Below are positions 26,779 through 41,729 of a DNA stretch of 64,000 bases, one piece after another. A program made the position numbers and the translations under genes. Origin of the DNA: Felis catus (Eukaryota). The notes under the pieces are model-generated. The model ran no database searches. It was not told where the DNA came from and saw only the letters and a program-made list of their open reading frames with translations. The DNA lies in the NCBI RefSeq assembly GCF_018350175.1, contig NC_058368.1, positions 142,912,001 to 142,976,000 on the forward strand, given 5' to 3'. Within the stretch, counting starts at the first letter, position 1, and each line of letters begins with the position of its first letter.

Positions 26779-28689
26779 AAAATAAATAAACATTTTTTAA
26801 AAGTTCAAAAATAAAAGAATTAATTTATTTGATGGCATAATAGCTGAGACTCTGGTTTCAAGTAGCAAAAGCCCCCTTGAGCTATGGCAGCAGCATGGAT
26901 GTGAGCTTCTGCTGGAGGGCTGGTCCTGCCCCTCTAGTGAGCAGAAGGATGCAGGAATCACTGCTGTATTAAAAAAAAAGTTAAGAAACCCTCGGAGCTG
27001 AAATAAAGGAGAGGTTACTAACTAGAGACTCCCATACTCTCAGGAACCAGAGACACTAGATTAGTTTGCCAGGTTCTATAACGAAAAGGCCTAAAAAGAA
27101 GACTTATCCCCTTGGGGAGAAAGACAAGGTTGGATAAGAGACTCTGGTCTGTGGATTGACCTCCTCTCCAAAGCTGAGAGAGGGGAACTGCAGGGAACCA
27201 CTCCAAGTTGGTTGGAATCTGAAGGAAGGAGAAGCCTTACCTCTCAGGCCCGGACTGTGTGGCTGGTGAGCCCTTGTCTTGCCAATCTACCTCAAGCAGC
27301 CAGCTGAGGAATACCTCTCAGAGACAATGAACTCCCGTAGAAGTGCAGAGTATTTCGCCGCAGAAGACATCTTTTCTTGCTCCCTCTTCCCTCTCCCCAT
27401 GCTGGAGGGGGTGTATCACGGAAGAAAGGCTTTTGTGAGAAAAGAGTGCACCACCCCCATCACTCAGACACACAAACACACAAGATCACACGTGAGCCAT
27501 TGGGGCCGTGAGCCTCACGTGTGCTGAAAAGAAGGGGAGAGCTTTGGATCAAACTCGAAGTTTCAGAATGAATCAGGATTTGTGGAGACAAAAATCTAAT
27601 TGCAGTCTGGATAAGATGTTCTGTCCTGACCCAATCAACAATGGCTAGGGAGAGTCGTCTAATATAGGAATGGCTACCAGGTAGCCTCCCTGTGAATGAG
27701 GGAGTCGTTGAAAAACAGGTGGAGATATGGAATGCATAGCAGATGCACCAAAGGTTGTCCTCCACAGATGGCTTCTCATCCTGCCTGGAAACTGGGAAAC
27801 ATGAGAATTCTGAGCTTCTGAGAGGTCCAGGGACGCTGCAGGTAGGGAAGAAAGAATGAGGAAGCAACAGAGAAAGAGAAGCTGAAAGATACACTCCACC
27901 TACCTAAATACAGCCAGCCCTAAACCCAGCCTTCAGCCAGCTTATTCCTTGTTGGCTAAAGTTTTCTTCCTGTCATGTCCCCATTTTTCCCTGAGGGTTT
28001 CATGGTTCACTATTTACTTATTTATGTGGCCCTACAGAAATCATCTTTGACTAATATATTACCAGAACAACAAAGTATTGTGTTACAAACTAGAAGGGAA
28101 AAAAACCACAGGGACAATGAAATATCTGGAGGATCATTGAGAAGACTAGAAAAACTAAAAATGATTGCTAAGACACGCATAAAAAGAAACACGAAAAAAA
28201 AATACAAATATCTTGAAGGGTATCGGACAAGAAACCAGAACTCTGTCACATCTAATACCTGGAAAATGAGGGTGATACATAGCACCATCATGAAACACGT
28301 ATCATTACAGAAAAGTGTCTCCAGGTGACTGCCCGGAGGTATTCACCTGTCGGAAGCATATGACTGTCAGGATGAATCAGAGCTGTGTAAATTAACCAGT
28401 GGGTACATTGCAAGCACAAATATGTTTTAGAGAGAAAGACTGCAGACTTGGATTCGTGGGCAGGAGTAGGCGTGCAGAGAATGAAAAACAGAGCTAGTAA
28501 AGAGAACAAAACAAATTCCTAATTCTCTTCAACTGTTTGCACAGTTCAGTTTTCAAACAGGACAAGAGATGGGGAGTACCAACATCACCGAAAGTGCTAA
28601 TATAAGCTAAAGAATACTTTGAAATTTTTTTTTGTATATGAAAGGAAGGATAGTTAGAAATAATGATATTTATTTTAAGGGAAACTTTA

Positions 28690-31600
28690 TTTTTTAAATT
28701 TTTTTAAATATTTATTTATTTTTGAGAGAGAGACAGAGTGCGAGTAGGGGAGGAGCAGAGAGAGAGGGAGACACAGAATCCGAAGCAGGCTGCAGGCTCT
28801 GAGCTGTCAGCACAGAGCCCGATGCGGGGCTTGAACTCACAAACCATGAGATCATGACCTGAGCTGAAGTCGGACGCTTACCGACTGAACCACCCAGGCA
28901 CCCCTTAAGGGAAACTTTAAAATGTATTTCCTCAAGCATGCTCAGGACTAGATTAATGGACCTGGTAGAGTGATCAATTAAAAGCCTGCTCTCTAGTTCC
29001 CAGGCTTTATTTATGTTTCTGAATTTTAATAACCCAATACCCATTTTTTAAAATTTTTTTTTCAATGTTTATTTATTTTTGGGACAGAGAGAGACAGAGC
29101 ATGAATGGGGGAGGGGCAGAGAGAGAGGGAGACACAGAATCGGAAGCAGGCTCCAGGCTCTGAGCCATCAGCCCAGAGCCCGATGTGGGGCTCAAACTCA
29201 CCGACCGCGAGATGGTGACCTGGCTGAAGTCGGACGCTTAACCGACTGTGCCACCCAGGCGCCCCAACCCATTTTTTAATGTCTATTTATTTCTGAGAGA
29301 GAGAGAGAGCACAAGTGAGGAGAGGCACAGAGAGGGAGGCACAGACTGTGAAGCAGGCTCCAGGCCCTGAGCTGTCAACACAGAGCCCAATGTAGGGCTT
29401 GAACTCACAAACTGTGAGATCATGCCCTGAGTGGAAGTCAGACACTCAACCGACTGAGCCACCCAGGCATCCCACCCAATACCCTTTTTAATGATTAAAA
29501 GCAAGTAGTAGGATCCAGGTCAATGTAAAGAGCATGTTCACATAACCAAAATTGAAGTAATAGTTGTATGTAGGATGTGGGAGCCCTACAATGTGTTTTG
29601 CAAGGCACACATTCCCATCCTTTCCTCCAACCTACTGCAGGGGTTGTCCCTGGATGGGATAAACAGAGCAGTGAAAGTAGAGGCAGGGACAGGGGAGCAA
29701 ACAGAAAGGGATCCCTGGGAAAGACCCTGGAGCCCTGGAGCTTAGGCTCTTCACCTCAGAAAGAGGAAGAATTGCCCCTTAGTACCACCAGACCAGCCCC
29801 CAAATTGGCGCAAGAAAAACACTCTACAATAATGTCCTCAGTGGTCCTTTAAACTCTCACTTCAACGGGGCACTATGGCATGGATTCTCCCTTTCCACCT
29901 GGGAATCCTAAAAAATGTGAAATGTTTTTCCCAACAGGTCCATATAGCTCAAGGAAACTTTTGGATTTCCTGGAACTATTATGTACCATTTTAAAAGAGG
30001 AGTGCCTGTGTGGCTCAGTCAGTTAAGCATCCAACTCTTGATTTCTGCTCAGGTCGTATCTCAGGGTTGGTGAGTCTGAGCCCCGCATCAGCCTGCTTGG
30101 GATCCTTTCTCTCCCTCTCTCTCTCTGCCCCTCCCCCACTCACACTCGCTCCTGCTCTCTCTTGCTCTCTCTCAAAATAAGTAAATTAATTTAAAAAAAA
30201 AAGAGCCTGCAATAATTTTCATGCCCACAGATTCTGTTAAAAAAAAAAAAATGACGGGAGAATGTTTTAAAACACAGAAGTCTTACTGAAAGTAAATCTA
30301 TGACTTCATTGAATAGAAGGGAGAAATAAATATGTTATTTGGCATTAGAGTGAAACTGAATATTGTAAATAAAACTGTACATTTGTTAATAACCTGTTTT
30401 GCCCACAATGTAATGCCTTTGTTTACAAATAGAGTGGCATATTAAAATGTTTGTTATTTATTATTTGTCCATTTATTTGTTGAGTCAGTAGCATTTATTG
30501 ACTGTCTAGCCCTAGGTGCAGATACCAGGCCAGGGGCTGGGGTGGAGGGAGCAATAAAAACAGTGCTGATAATAATAACTACCACTTTCTGAGTGTTTAT
30601 TGCATGACTATCTCCTTGAGTCCTACAGTAATACTATAAACTACATATTATTATTTCCATTTTTCAGAAAAGGAAACTGCGGCTTGCCTAAAGCCCCCTC
30701 ACCCACAAAAATGGAGCTGAGTTAAGCCAGAGGTGGCCCGAGCATCGGCTGCTCTTAATCACCCTGTACATGCCTTTCTGCAAGAAGCTAATTAGTCTAA
30801 GAATTAATTTCAAAATCTCTAACAACCAGTACATTCTTGGCACATGGTAGACTCTTAATAAATATTTGCTCGGTGAATTGAAACTGAATCACTGAATACT
30901 GGATTTGTACTTTAATTTCAGCTTATTTTTCTAAAAGAGTATGTTACATTGGTGGATGGGATTGGAAGTAATCATCATCTTATTAATTGCCTTTAAGTAT
31001 TGTTGGTCACCCTTGATGCTCTTACTACAGTTGTCAAGTGTGACGCTCCTAGATAAACCATAGATCCTGAGAATAAGTTGCAGATTCTAGAAGTTGACAC
31101 GGTGTACCTCCAGAGCCTAACGCTCTTTTCCTTCTGCAGCTTATTCATATTTTAGTCTTGACCACAGTTGCTGGAACTTTACAAGCTAATTATAATTGAG
31201 CACTTTTTAAATTTTGTTAATGTTTATTTATTTTTGAGAAACAGAGAGAGAGAGAAAGAGAGAGAGTGGGGGAGGGGCAGAGAGAGAGGGAGACAAAGAC
31301 TCTGAAGCAGGCTTCAGGCTCTGAGCAGTCAGCACACAGCCCAATGCGGGGTTTGAACCCACAAGCCATGAGATCATGATCTGAGCCAAAGTCAAGGGCT
31401 TACTGAGCCACCCAGGCACCTCAAGCATTTTTTTTTTTTTTTAAAGAAAACAGTAATTGCTACAAGAATGAAGGACTAGGGAAGGTGTGTGGTAGAGGGA
31501 CACCTCGTTCTGAAATAGGTTCAGAACACATGGTGACTCTCAACTGCCATGTGACTCTGACATTTTCCACTTGGGTACATAAACAAGGTCATTTAAAGGA

Positions 31601-33887
31601 CATCAATTTCAGATTCTCAACCTGCATCTGAAAGGACTGTTTCCTGCCATTAATCCACCTGGAACATACATGTGGTCCAAGTATTTGTGGACCATCTCTC
31701 CTTACCATCTCTCCTTTAATAATTACTCCCCACCATCAAAATTTTTAAAAAGCACACGTTTCACTCATCCCAAATCTACCTATGGCATTTCATTGTAAAC
31801 CCCAAGATTGTCCAAAGATGGGACAATCCCTGAGGCACCAAACACAGAGACAGATTCCTAAATGCTGGTGTTGACAAAGTGAATGACTTTAATGGCTGAT
31901 TAAATAATCTTTTTGCTTGTCAGGTAAGTTCCTTATTCTTTGCTATCAATATAAAAGCAGGACATGTTAGCTGAGAGTGCATTAACAATAATTATTGATG
32001 ATATGTTACTGTAAAACCGGCAAGTTTGAAGAACTGAGTAGTAGTGCTGTAACAAAACATTCTTTCCCATCTGCTTATTTATGTCAGTATGTTTTCTCAG
32101 AACTTACAACTATAAAACAACAAATAAGCATAGACTCTATGCTAAAGTCTGTGTAATTCTTGCAATAAATAATATTCAAATGTGGATACATAAACTTACA
32201 GAAAAATTAGTTCTACCCACCTGATTAAGAAGTGCATTGTGGAGCTCCTGGGTGGCTCAGCAGGTTAAGCATCTGGTTCTTGGTTTCAGCTCAGGTCATG
32301 ATATCGGGCTTCATAGGTTCAAGTCCCACACTGGGCTCTGGGCTGATGGCGCCTGCTTGGGATTCTCTCTCTCCCTCTCTCTCCCCCTTCCTCCCCTCGT
32401 ACTGTCTCTGTCTCTCTAAAAATAAATAAATAAACCTTAAAAAAAAGAAATGCATTGCTAATAAAATTTTACTTTTCATAATTAATATCGTAATTTGTCA
32501 TATATTTATATTTCAATCTATGTATCAATAATATTTATAATAACTGAATCCAAAAAAATTTTTAATACTTTGAGCCTATGATCACAAAAACCTTAAAAAT
32601 TTAGATTTAAATGTATATACATATTTTTGTAGTAAAAAAGTTTGATGGGTCTATCCATAGAAGACTTTCAGGCATAAAAATATTTGACATTGGGGCACCT
32701 GAGTGGCTCAGTCAGTTAAGCGACAGACTTTGGCTCAGGTCATTATCTCATGGTTCATGGGTTCGAGCCCCGTGTCGGGCTCTGTGCCGACAGCTCAGAG
32801 CCTGGAGCCTACTTTGGATTCTGTGTCTCCTTCTCTCTCTCTGTCCCTCCCCACTCACACTCTGTCTCTCTCTCTTTCAACAATAGATAAACATTTTTAA
32901 AAATTAAAAAATATATATTTGACATTGAAAGGAGAAGGAGTGGGATGAAAATACAGATTTAAGGGAGAAAAATGAAAACTATATTTTCTGCTGTTAAAGA
33001 AGAGCTCATCAATGTATTTTTAAAATAAATGAATGCAGGAATCAAATCGATTTGGTATTTTGCTTCTAATTAATACAATTGAAGTGTCAATTTACACTGT
33101 CAGAAATTACATCCTTTGCCAAATATTTAAATTTATGATTTTAAAAAATAATAACTTTAAAATGTGTGCAGGTGTCAATTGTTTTGTTTTTAAATTATTT
33201 GGTGGGCTAACGGAGCAAGAACGTTTGAATGCTGCTCTATCAAATATCTGAGGTCCAGACAAACACTAAAGAATCTGTGGCTTTTCTGTTTCAAAACTTC
33301 TAGTCAAAGAAATGAACACATTGTGATGATATCACGTAAAATGTGCCATTTCAGAAAATTATCCAATTAGCATAATTATTGCTCATAACACTTGATATGC
33401 AATTAAGTTTTTTTAAATGGCTCTTGTGAAAAATCAACATTCATAAATTCTAAGAACAAATTTTAGAGGTTGATATTAAATCCCACGTTAATTCATTCAC
33501 TCATTCATTCAACAAATGGTTGAACCTCTCTCCTTAGTCCAAGCCTATGGGAGGCTCTGGGAGCACAGCCGGAACAAAACTGTTCAGGTCTCTCTTCCTT
33601 GCCAACTTATATTGCAGTGGAGGAAGGCCATCTGTAAACAGGCAAATGCCCAATTAAGATAATTTTGGATTGTGTGAAGTGCTGAGGACAATGAAAACCA
33701 AATCAAGGGGCTCCTGGGTGGCTCAGTCGGTTGAGCAAATGGGTTGAGCGAATGACTTCAGCTCAGGTCATGATCTCACACTTCGTGAGTTCGAGCCCCG
33801 TGTCAGGCTCTGTGCTGACCGCGCGGAGCCTGGAGCCTGCTTCAGGTCTGTGTCTCCCTCTCTCTCTGCCCCTCCCCCACCCACACT

Positions 33888-33938
<51 letters not shown>

Positions 33939-33965
33939 AAAAATAAACATTAAAAAAAAATTTAA
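28690..33965. mobile_element. Can-SINEs about 28690-28904, 29044-29264, 29271-29474, 31203-31421 (all -); 29998-30200, 32240-32447, 32693-32915, 33707-33965 (all +)
   Basis: Typical Can-SINE structure; the 29044-29264 copy is a young felid type inserted into the tail of an older copy. Confidence 0.88.
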
Positions 33966-34071
33966 ACAAAGAAAACCAAGTGAAGTGATAATTAATTGGG
34001 AAGTTGGACAGAGGTGTTGGGGGGGGGGGGGGGCAGGGGTGACCATGAAACAAATGGAGTTCCTCATCTAC

Positions 34072-34665
34072 ACAGGCTTCTTCCGAGCCCTGGGGGAATG
34101 GTAGCCACTGGTGTGGAGGGTCCCATGTGCACACACATGCCACACCCCCACACATCCCCAAACAAAACACTTAGAATGTCCTAAAGTCTTAGGGCCCATA
34201 TATGAAAAAAACCATGTAAGATTTTGACAACAATCTTAAAAATTTACATGCCATTACTGATAATGAGTAGTGAAACCCAAGAAACTTTTCTAAACTCTCA
34301 ATCATAAATACACATTTCAATCAATGATACTATTCCAAAGACTGAACTATCCTTGTATTCACTGCAGAGAGAGATGTGTGACACCATCCATGTCATAGGA
34401 AAAGGTGATTGAAGAGTATGGAGCCAAAATTTTATAGTAAAAAATATGATGTCAGGCAGTTCATTAATAAAAACTTATGTTCTTTTTCTGCCTTTCCTAA
34501 CATTTGGGGTATGTGTCAGCTTTTTCATTTTGTCCTTTGTTGTGACTTTTCTTAGTCTTTTTTAAAAATTACTTCATCGTGTTATTTTATTTTTGAAGAG
34601 ACAGAGCATGTGTGTGAGCGAGGGAGGGGCAGTGGGAGAGAGAGGGAGAGAAAGAGGGAGGGAGG

Positions 34666-34705
<40 letters not shown>

Positions 34706-34941
34706 CTTAAGCAGGCTCTAAGCTCAGCACAGAGCCCAATGTGAGGCTCAATCCCATGACCCTGGGATCTTAACCTGAGCCAAAATCAAGAGTTGGACAT
34801 TCAACTGACTGAGCCACCCAGGTGCCCCCTTTTCTTATTCTAAATAAATACTCACTTTTGTGTGAATTTCTATACTCATAATTTTGTATTCTTTTTCTCA
34901 AATTGTATAAGCCTCAGGACTCATAAACCTGTCTGGCCCCT
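34072..34941 (+). mobile_element. hAT-Tip100 (Zaphod/MER115-like) relic with decayed transposase C-terminus, interrupted by a SINE (about 34560-34829, minus)
   Basis: About 34235-34420 reads like a degraded hAT dimerisation domain (LKIYMPL...NFSKLSII...); 3' end ...cctgtctggcccctg. Confidence 0.6.
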
Positions 34942-35293
34942 GGGAAAGCTACTTTCCATGGAGAGATCTGGAAAGCCCTGATGAATTGCAGGGATCTGAA
35001 TAAGGACAGAGCTCCAGGGAGAAAGGAGTAGTGATAAGGCTTTGAAAGAGGATGGTCTTGTGAGAGGACCAGTGTGGCTAGAGCTCATTCAGGGCCTTGG
35101 AGGCTGGGGAAGAGGCTTGATCTCATTCTAAATACAATCAAAACCCCGTGTGATTCATATGTAAGCAGCAGCATCAGTATAAAAATATGTTGAATATTTA
35201 AAATAGCCTAAAGTCCTAACATGTATACACTGAAACATCTTCCCACTCATAAAAAATAGAAAGCTTAACCTTTTGTGTGAGAAAAGGTTACTA

Positions 35294-35307
35294 CTGCCCC
35301 TCAGTGG
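35294..35307 (-). promoter_or_regulatory. Candidate CTCF site
   Basis: minus strand CCACTGAGGGGCAG, close to CCACTAGGGGGCAG. Confidence 0.35.
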
Positions 35308-36239
35308 TAAAAAAGGAAATATTCAGAATAACATTTTATCTAGGCTAACGTAAAACAAGCATCCATCAGTGGTGATAAATTCCTTTTTATTAAACAATAA
35401 ACCAAAATAATCAATTTTATAAAATATTAATTTTAAGGTCATGGAGTTAACATTATAATTTTCAAATTAATCTGAGAATACTGAGCCTGCTAGCTACTTA
35501 CTAATGAAGAACGCACATGGGGACAGCTCTCTACAATGGCCTTTAATGTGTTCGTAGTTCCTTCCTTTCTTCCCTCCCCTCTCCCTAACCTGGCTGCCTT
35601 TTCTACTTCCTCCTGCCCTGCCTCCTTCATTCCTCCCTTGCTTTCACCCTTCATTTCTTCCCTTCACAAGGGTTTATAAGCACCTGCTTTGTGCTAGGTA
35701 CATGTAAAAAGGTAACCACAATACACATCAGCTTGTGACTTAGTGAGGAAAGCAGACTTCAAGCAAATAATGTATCATTTCTAATTGTCATGTTTGGTAA
35801 TGAGAGAGAACTTTGGGGGGTCATGGGAGCATCTATCAGGAGACTACACTAGCCTGGGGAGGTAGCAAAAGTCTCTTTGATGAAACGGCTTCAACGGCCT
35901 CAACATTGTTACCTCAAGGACAACTAGGAATTAGGCAGGGGAGGAGCTTTCCAAGCAAAGGAACAGCATCTGCAAAGACCACGAGACGGGAAAGCAAACG
36001 GTGTTTGAGACACTGAAAGAAAACCAAGCAAGGAGGGAGAGGGGCTAAAAATGAGACAGGGGAGGTAGGTGGGAGTTCTGTCTTGAAGCACCTTGTAGGC
36101 CTTGAGAAGGATTTTGGGCTTAATCCTAACAGTGATAGGAAAATGGTAAAGGGTTTAAAAAGTGGGCAAAATAGGACTTTTTGTGTTGCAGGTGACAGAA
36201 ACCATAGCTCCCTGTCATTGATCCAACTGGCTCCCTAAG

Positions 36240-37050
36240 CCACAGGTAGCCGTATTGCTGGGGTTGGTGAGTCCATTCAGAGATAGCTATGCATACACAG
36301 GCAAATATACCTAGGCATCTTATCATCATGTAATATATGGTAGCACATGGTACACGCTGTCTAGAATCTTGTTTTTATTTATTTTTTTTTAATGTTTATT
36401 TTTGAGAGTGAGAGAGAGAGACAGAGTGTGAGTGGGGGGAGGGGCAGGGAGAGAGGGAGACACAGAATCCGAAGCAGGCTCCAGGCTCTGAGCTGTCAGC
36501 ACGGCCTCTGAGATCGTGACCTGAGTGGAAGTCGGACACTTAACCGACTGAGCTACCCAGGCGCCCCTTGAATCTTGTTTTTTATTTTTTTAACTTAATA
36601 ATAGATCTTACCAATTATCCCCTATCAGTATATACAGACTGCCTCATTCTTTTTTTCCTCTGGACTAGATTGTCTGTTGTATGCATGTACCATTATTTAT
36701 TTAACTAGTCCCCTATTCTGAACATTGAGTTCATTTCTGGGTTTTTGCTACTGCAAGCAATGCCACAGTCAATGTTCTCACAAGTGTCATTGCCTCCTGT
36801 GAAAGCATATCTGCCAGACAAGTTCCTAGAAGTGGAATTTCTGGGTCAAAAAGCATGTTCATTTGTAATTTTGATAGATATGGCCAAAGGCCTTCCCTAG
36901 AAATACTATTAGTGTATTCAACTAACAAAGTGTTAATACTGCATGTACTACATATACAAGGGTATGACAGATGACAACGTTGTACCTCAGCAGAGTTTTA
37001 ATTTGTACCTCTTTCATTAAAAATGAACTTGAGCCTCCTTTGATCTGATT
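36240..37050 (-). mobile_element. Old L1M 3' fragment, interrupted by a SINE (about 36372-36567)
   Basis: ttcctagaagtggaatttctgggtcaaaa...tttgatagatatggccaaa, the L1 ORF2-end/3'UTR signature on the minus strand. Confidence 0.65.
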
Positions 37051-39215
37051 AAGAGCCTGCGCTTGTTATGAATTAAAAATTACCTAATTAGGCCAAGAGC
37101 AAAACAAAGGCCTAGAGCTAAAAATGATGTTTCATTCATTCAACAAATAGTTTTTGAAAAACAACTCTTCATAGCCACACTCACAACATAGGCACTGATG
37201 AACCTAAGATGGGTGAGACTCAGTCCTGTCCCAGATGAGCTCAAGTTTAATGAGGGAGATGGATGTGGAAACATGCAATTAAATGCAATATGCTATTAAA
37301 AAAAAAAAAAGGAGGATAGAATGCAGAAATATGAGAGCATAGAAAAGAACAACTAATGTTTATATGCTAGCCACTCACATATGTCTTCTTAGAATGCTTA
37401 ATTTTTAAAAGGCAGGGAATTGGGGGAAGCAGGTAATTAATTCTTTTTAATTTTTGTAGAGCCTCCTTGGGTTTTTTTAAAAACTTGGATCTGTGCGTTA
37501 GCAAAAACATCCATAACAGCTTTAATAGAACGGGGATTTTTTTTAAGTGTTTGAACTAAAAATGTGCCTGAAACTATAGTTAAGATCTAGAACTACTCTT
37601 CGTAAAAGTGTAGTGTGGTTGACACAGTGGGGGAAGTTACCTTGACACACATGATATCGTTTTAAATTCTGAGGCCGCATTCAATTTTACACAGAGCCCA
37701 CTCCCCTCCGTGCCCCCCAACTTCAACGCCATGTCCCCACCCACCATACCCCCCAGGTTCAATCAAGATGTGTTCTAATGAATGGCTTTTGTCTTCCAGA
37801 AACTCTTGGGTGAAAACCAACTTTCTGCTATTAGTTTCATCCCTAGAAAAAGCACTTTGGCACTTACATACTTTTAAATGTTTTGAAATCTGTTTCTCTC
37901 TTCTGGTCTTTGCCTAATAGTAAATTAAGTACTCAGTGATACTCAGTGCAAAACGGAACTGGAGACAAAACAGCCTCTTGGCTTCTAAATGGCATGGCAG
38001 AATAGCAGAGGATGAAGGTGTTTGGCGTGAAGCGTGGGCCACACATTTTCACTTCAGTTACACATAGGATGAGCTGAGGAGTTGAAATGGCCAGAGCAAA
38101 AGGGTATCTGTCAGGCCCCAACACCCCAGTGCTTAGGTCACAGTCAGTCCTTCACAGTGCCAGGCTGGGGACTTGGGTTCACACAGATGCAAGTCCATGA
38201 CTCTGCATCTTGGACCAGCACCGAAGTCTAGCTGTGGGCAGAGCCTCTGTGAACAGGTACTTCTCCCACCTATGGACTTTGCAGATTCATACCTAGAAAT
38301 TACGGTATGAGGTCTTCCTCCCAGGATTAACCAAACCTCCAAAAAAGCCAAGCACATGCTCCTAAGGAAATTTTGCTCTTTTTCTGTGAAGTCTGTCTTA
38401 ACCCTACTTCCCTCAGGATAACTTCTTCCCAAATCATCCTGAACACTCTAGATTTCTTGTAGACAAGTTGCAGGTAAAACCAGTATTCCCATCTGGATGC
38501 ACCCTTATCAGTGGAAGCAGCAATTTCCCCATAATATAGGAATAAAGAGTTTTATTTGTGTTATAATTCCCTAAGAGCTTTCATTCCACTATCTCAACCT
38601 TCTCCACAGGTAGTGTGAGTGTCTATCATCCCATTGTATAGACATAGAACCACTTTCCTTTCCTGGTGATCTACGGTGTATGGAAGCCAGTAAAGACATG
38701 ACTGGAAATCTGCCATTTCATTTATTATTCAACAAATGTTTTCCCATTGCAACTATGTGTCAGGCACTACTCTAGGTACTGAGGCTATAGAGGTAAAAAT
38801 TCATGATCTCTCCTTTCTGTGAGATAGTATCTAGGAAAAGGAGACAAATATTAAATAAGTGCAATAAAATGTCAATCTTGCTGGGATATAGTGGAACCCA
38901 AACGAGGGAGAAGTCAATTCTCTGTGTGAAATAGGGAGGGAAAGTTTTAAACAGGAAACGATTCCAACCATTTTGAAAGATGAATAGTGAAGACTGAATG
39001 GGACAGGACATTTCAGAAAGAGAAAGCATGAAAGTAAAATAACATAAATAGGGGCACCTGATTATTCAGTTAAGCGTCCGACTCTTGATTTTGGGTCAGG
39101 TCATAATCTCATGGTTCCTGAGTTTGAGTACTACATCAGAGTGCTGTCAGCACAGAGCCTGCTTTGGGTCCTATGTCCACTGCCCCCTCTTTCCTTCCCC
39201 CTCTCAAATATAAAC

Positions 39216-39269
<54 letters not shown>

Positions 39270-39365
39270 GAAAGAAAGAAAGAAAGAAAGAAAGAACGAA
39301 AGAAAGAAAGAAAGAAGAAAGGAAAGAAAGAAAGAAAGAAAAAGAAAGAAAGAAAGAAGAAAGGA

Positions 39366-39417
<52 letters not shown>

Positions 39418-39469
39418 AGGAAGGAAGGAAGGAAGGAAGGAAGGAAGGAAGGAAGGAAGGAAGGAAGGA

Positions 39470-39515
<46 letters not shown>
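39216..39515. repeat. (GAAA)n/(GGAA)n microsatellite expanded from a SINE tail, about 300 bp
   Basis: Directly visible; follows the SINE ending about 39215. Confidence 0.95.
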
Positions 39516-39516
<1 letters not shown>

Positions 39517-40199
39517 GCATACAACCAACCACTTGCCCATACCAGAATTCTGGAAACAATTATTTAGGCATTATCACCTGTCAGTTCATCCTTCAAAAGT
39601 CTCCCTTCTCAATCCCAAAGCAACTGCCTCATTTCCAGCCCTTAGCTATTTCCACTTGGATAACAGAAATGGGCTTATAACTTTTTCCCTGCCTCCATGC
39701 TCTCCCACTCCAAAATGCCCTCCACATGGTATAGACCTCCAGAATTCACTTTTAAACATAGTTGTTTCCCAGTCTTTTCCCATAGCTAAAATCCACCTCC
39801 CAAGAGTAGCCCAAGGCCTTTCACTGTCTGGTTCCAGCATAACTTTCCCCCACATCTTCTTATAAATACACTGTGTTTTAGCCACAAAAGGAGACCTTGA
39901 AACTTCCCAAACATGACGTGTTCTGTCATGCTCACATCCTTGTCTCATACTAGTTGGAATTCTCTTTTTGCAACCCTTTCTTCCTCCTAAAATCCTTTAA
40001 ATCCTAAAAATCACCTCCTAAATAAAAACTTGTTCAGTAGCCCCAGGTAAAAATGAATCATTCCTTCTGGTGTATTGTGTGTATGTTTAAGAACAAGAGC
40101 AAATGCCAGAAATAAAAAGGAAGGCCTATATAGGAATAATGACATAAAAGCCGAGGTAGGGGGTGGAGGGAACCTGTCTTTAGGTACTAAGGGATTTAC

Positions 40200-40400
40200 A
40201 TTTTTTCCAGCTTTATTGAGATATAAGCGACATGTAACACTGTGTAAGTTCAAGGTGTACACTGTGATCATTTGATACACATATATATTGAAAAATGTTT
40301 CCCACAATAAAGTTAACTAACACAAACTTTACTTCACATAATTATCATTTTTCCTTGTTATGGTGAGAATATTTAAGCTCTATTCTCTTGGCAACTTTTA
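40200..40400 (-). mobile_element. L1 3'-end fragment
   Basis: ttttccagctttattgagatataa...tgtgtaagttcaaggtgtaca...tggtgagaatatttaagctctattctcttggcaact. Confidence 0.7.
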
Positions 40401-40442
40401 AGAAAAATGCTCATGGATGTTTTAGAAAAACACAGACACACA

Positions 40443-40480
<38 letters not shown>

Positions 40481-41729
40481 TGATTTTTTAACTGCAGGTA
40501 AGAAGATTGTTTTGACCTAATGAAGAATGTATTGAAGAAGGAAAAACTCGTGAACCCATCTGTTTTGGAAGACTAGAACATCTGAAATTGTGGAAGATTA
40601 GGACAAGCATCCTGTGTCAGGTATGACTTAAATTGGGTCAGACTTATGACTGAACTAAAAAGCCCCTTGAGAGTGTTTGCAGCTCAGGAGTCTATGACTA
40701 AATGAATTCATTTCTGCAGGAGAGTCCTGGGAGTTCCTAGATACAGGGGCGAGGAGGGGACAGATGAGCCCTGCCCTGATAATATTAAAGGTCTCATTCT
40801 GTTTCTTTTGAATGTTTAGATAAGAAATAGGAAAATTACATTCACAAAATATCTTGTATGAACCTAAAAATGACCCAGCTGGGCACAAAGTCTTTGTGAT
40901 TGTTTTACACACTGAAGTTAATTGTGCCTACCTATTTATAAAATTGACAGGTGAGAGATTTTACTATTGTGTAACAAAGTAGCAAAATGTTGACATGTGT
41001 TCTGTGTGGTATTGTTGAGTGCAGCATATGAATTTATTAAAATTTAGAAAATAATTCTTTTTTTAATGTGTATTTTTTGAAAGAGACAGAGAGCAGGGGA
41101 GAGGCAGAGAGAGAGAGAGGGAGATCGAGGATCTGAAGCAGGATCTGTGCTGACAGCAGAGAGCCCCATGCAAGGCTCGAACTCACAAGCCACAAGGTCA
41201 TAACCTGAGCTGAAGAAAGACACTCAACCAACTGCGCCACCCAGGCGTCCCAATAATTCCTTTTGTTAAAAGATGTTTATTTATTTATTTTGAGAGAGAG
41301 AGAAAGCATAAGCAGGGGTGGGGCAGAGACAGAAGGAGACAGAGAGAATCCCAAACAGGCTCCACACTCAGTGGGGAGCCCAACTTGAACTCATGACCTC
41401 AAAAGCATGACCTGAGCAGATATCAAGACTCGGACGCTTAACTGACTGAGCCACACAGGCAGCCCAGAAAATAATTCTTAATTACTATTACTATAAAAAA
41501 TTCAAAGCATCCAATATCAAAAATAGAATTCTGGAGGAATTTAACTACAGGCAGATCCTCACAGTGAAGTAAAACTATCTACTGAAAATGAGTGTGAAAA
41601 TATTGTCAATAAGCTGCTGGGGAGGAGGGATGCTCTGCTCCATGTACAACAAACAAATGGTTCTCCTTCATAGACAATTAGTTTATGTGTAGATTTTTTT
41701 ATTGTTATTACTATTAACAGGTTTCAAAA

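Larger units (their letters stand above)
22355..26810. mobile_element. Can-SINEs about 22355-22580 (-), 23183-23400 (+), 23800-23965 (+), 25483-25680 (-), 26574-26810 (+)
   Basis: Typical Can-SINE structure; TSDs such as aaaactaagcagat and agaattaatttattt. Confidence 0.88.

Noticed and set aside
39111..39865. Longest ORFs in the track (189-233 aa, K/E/R-rich, and their F/L/S-rich antisense ORFs)
   Set aside because: Translations of the (GAAA)n/(GGAA)n microsatellite and the adjacent SINE; not genes
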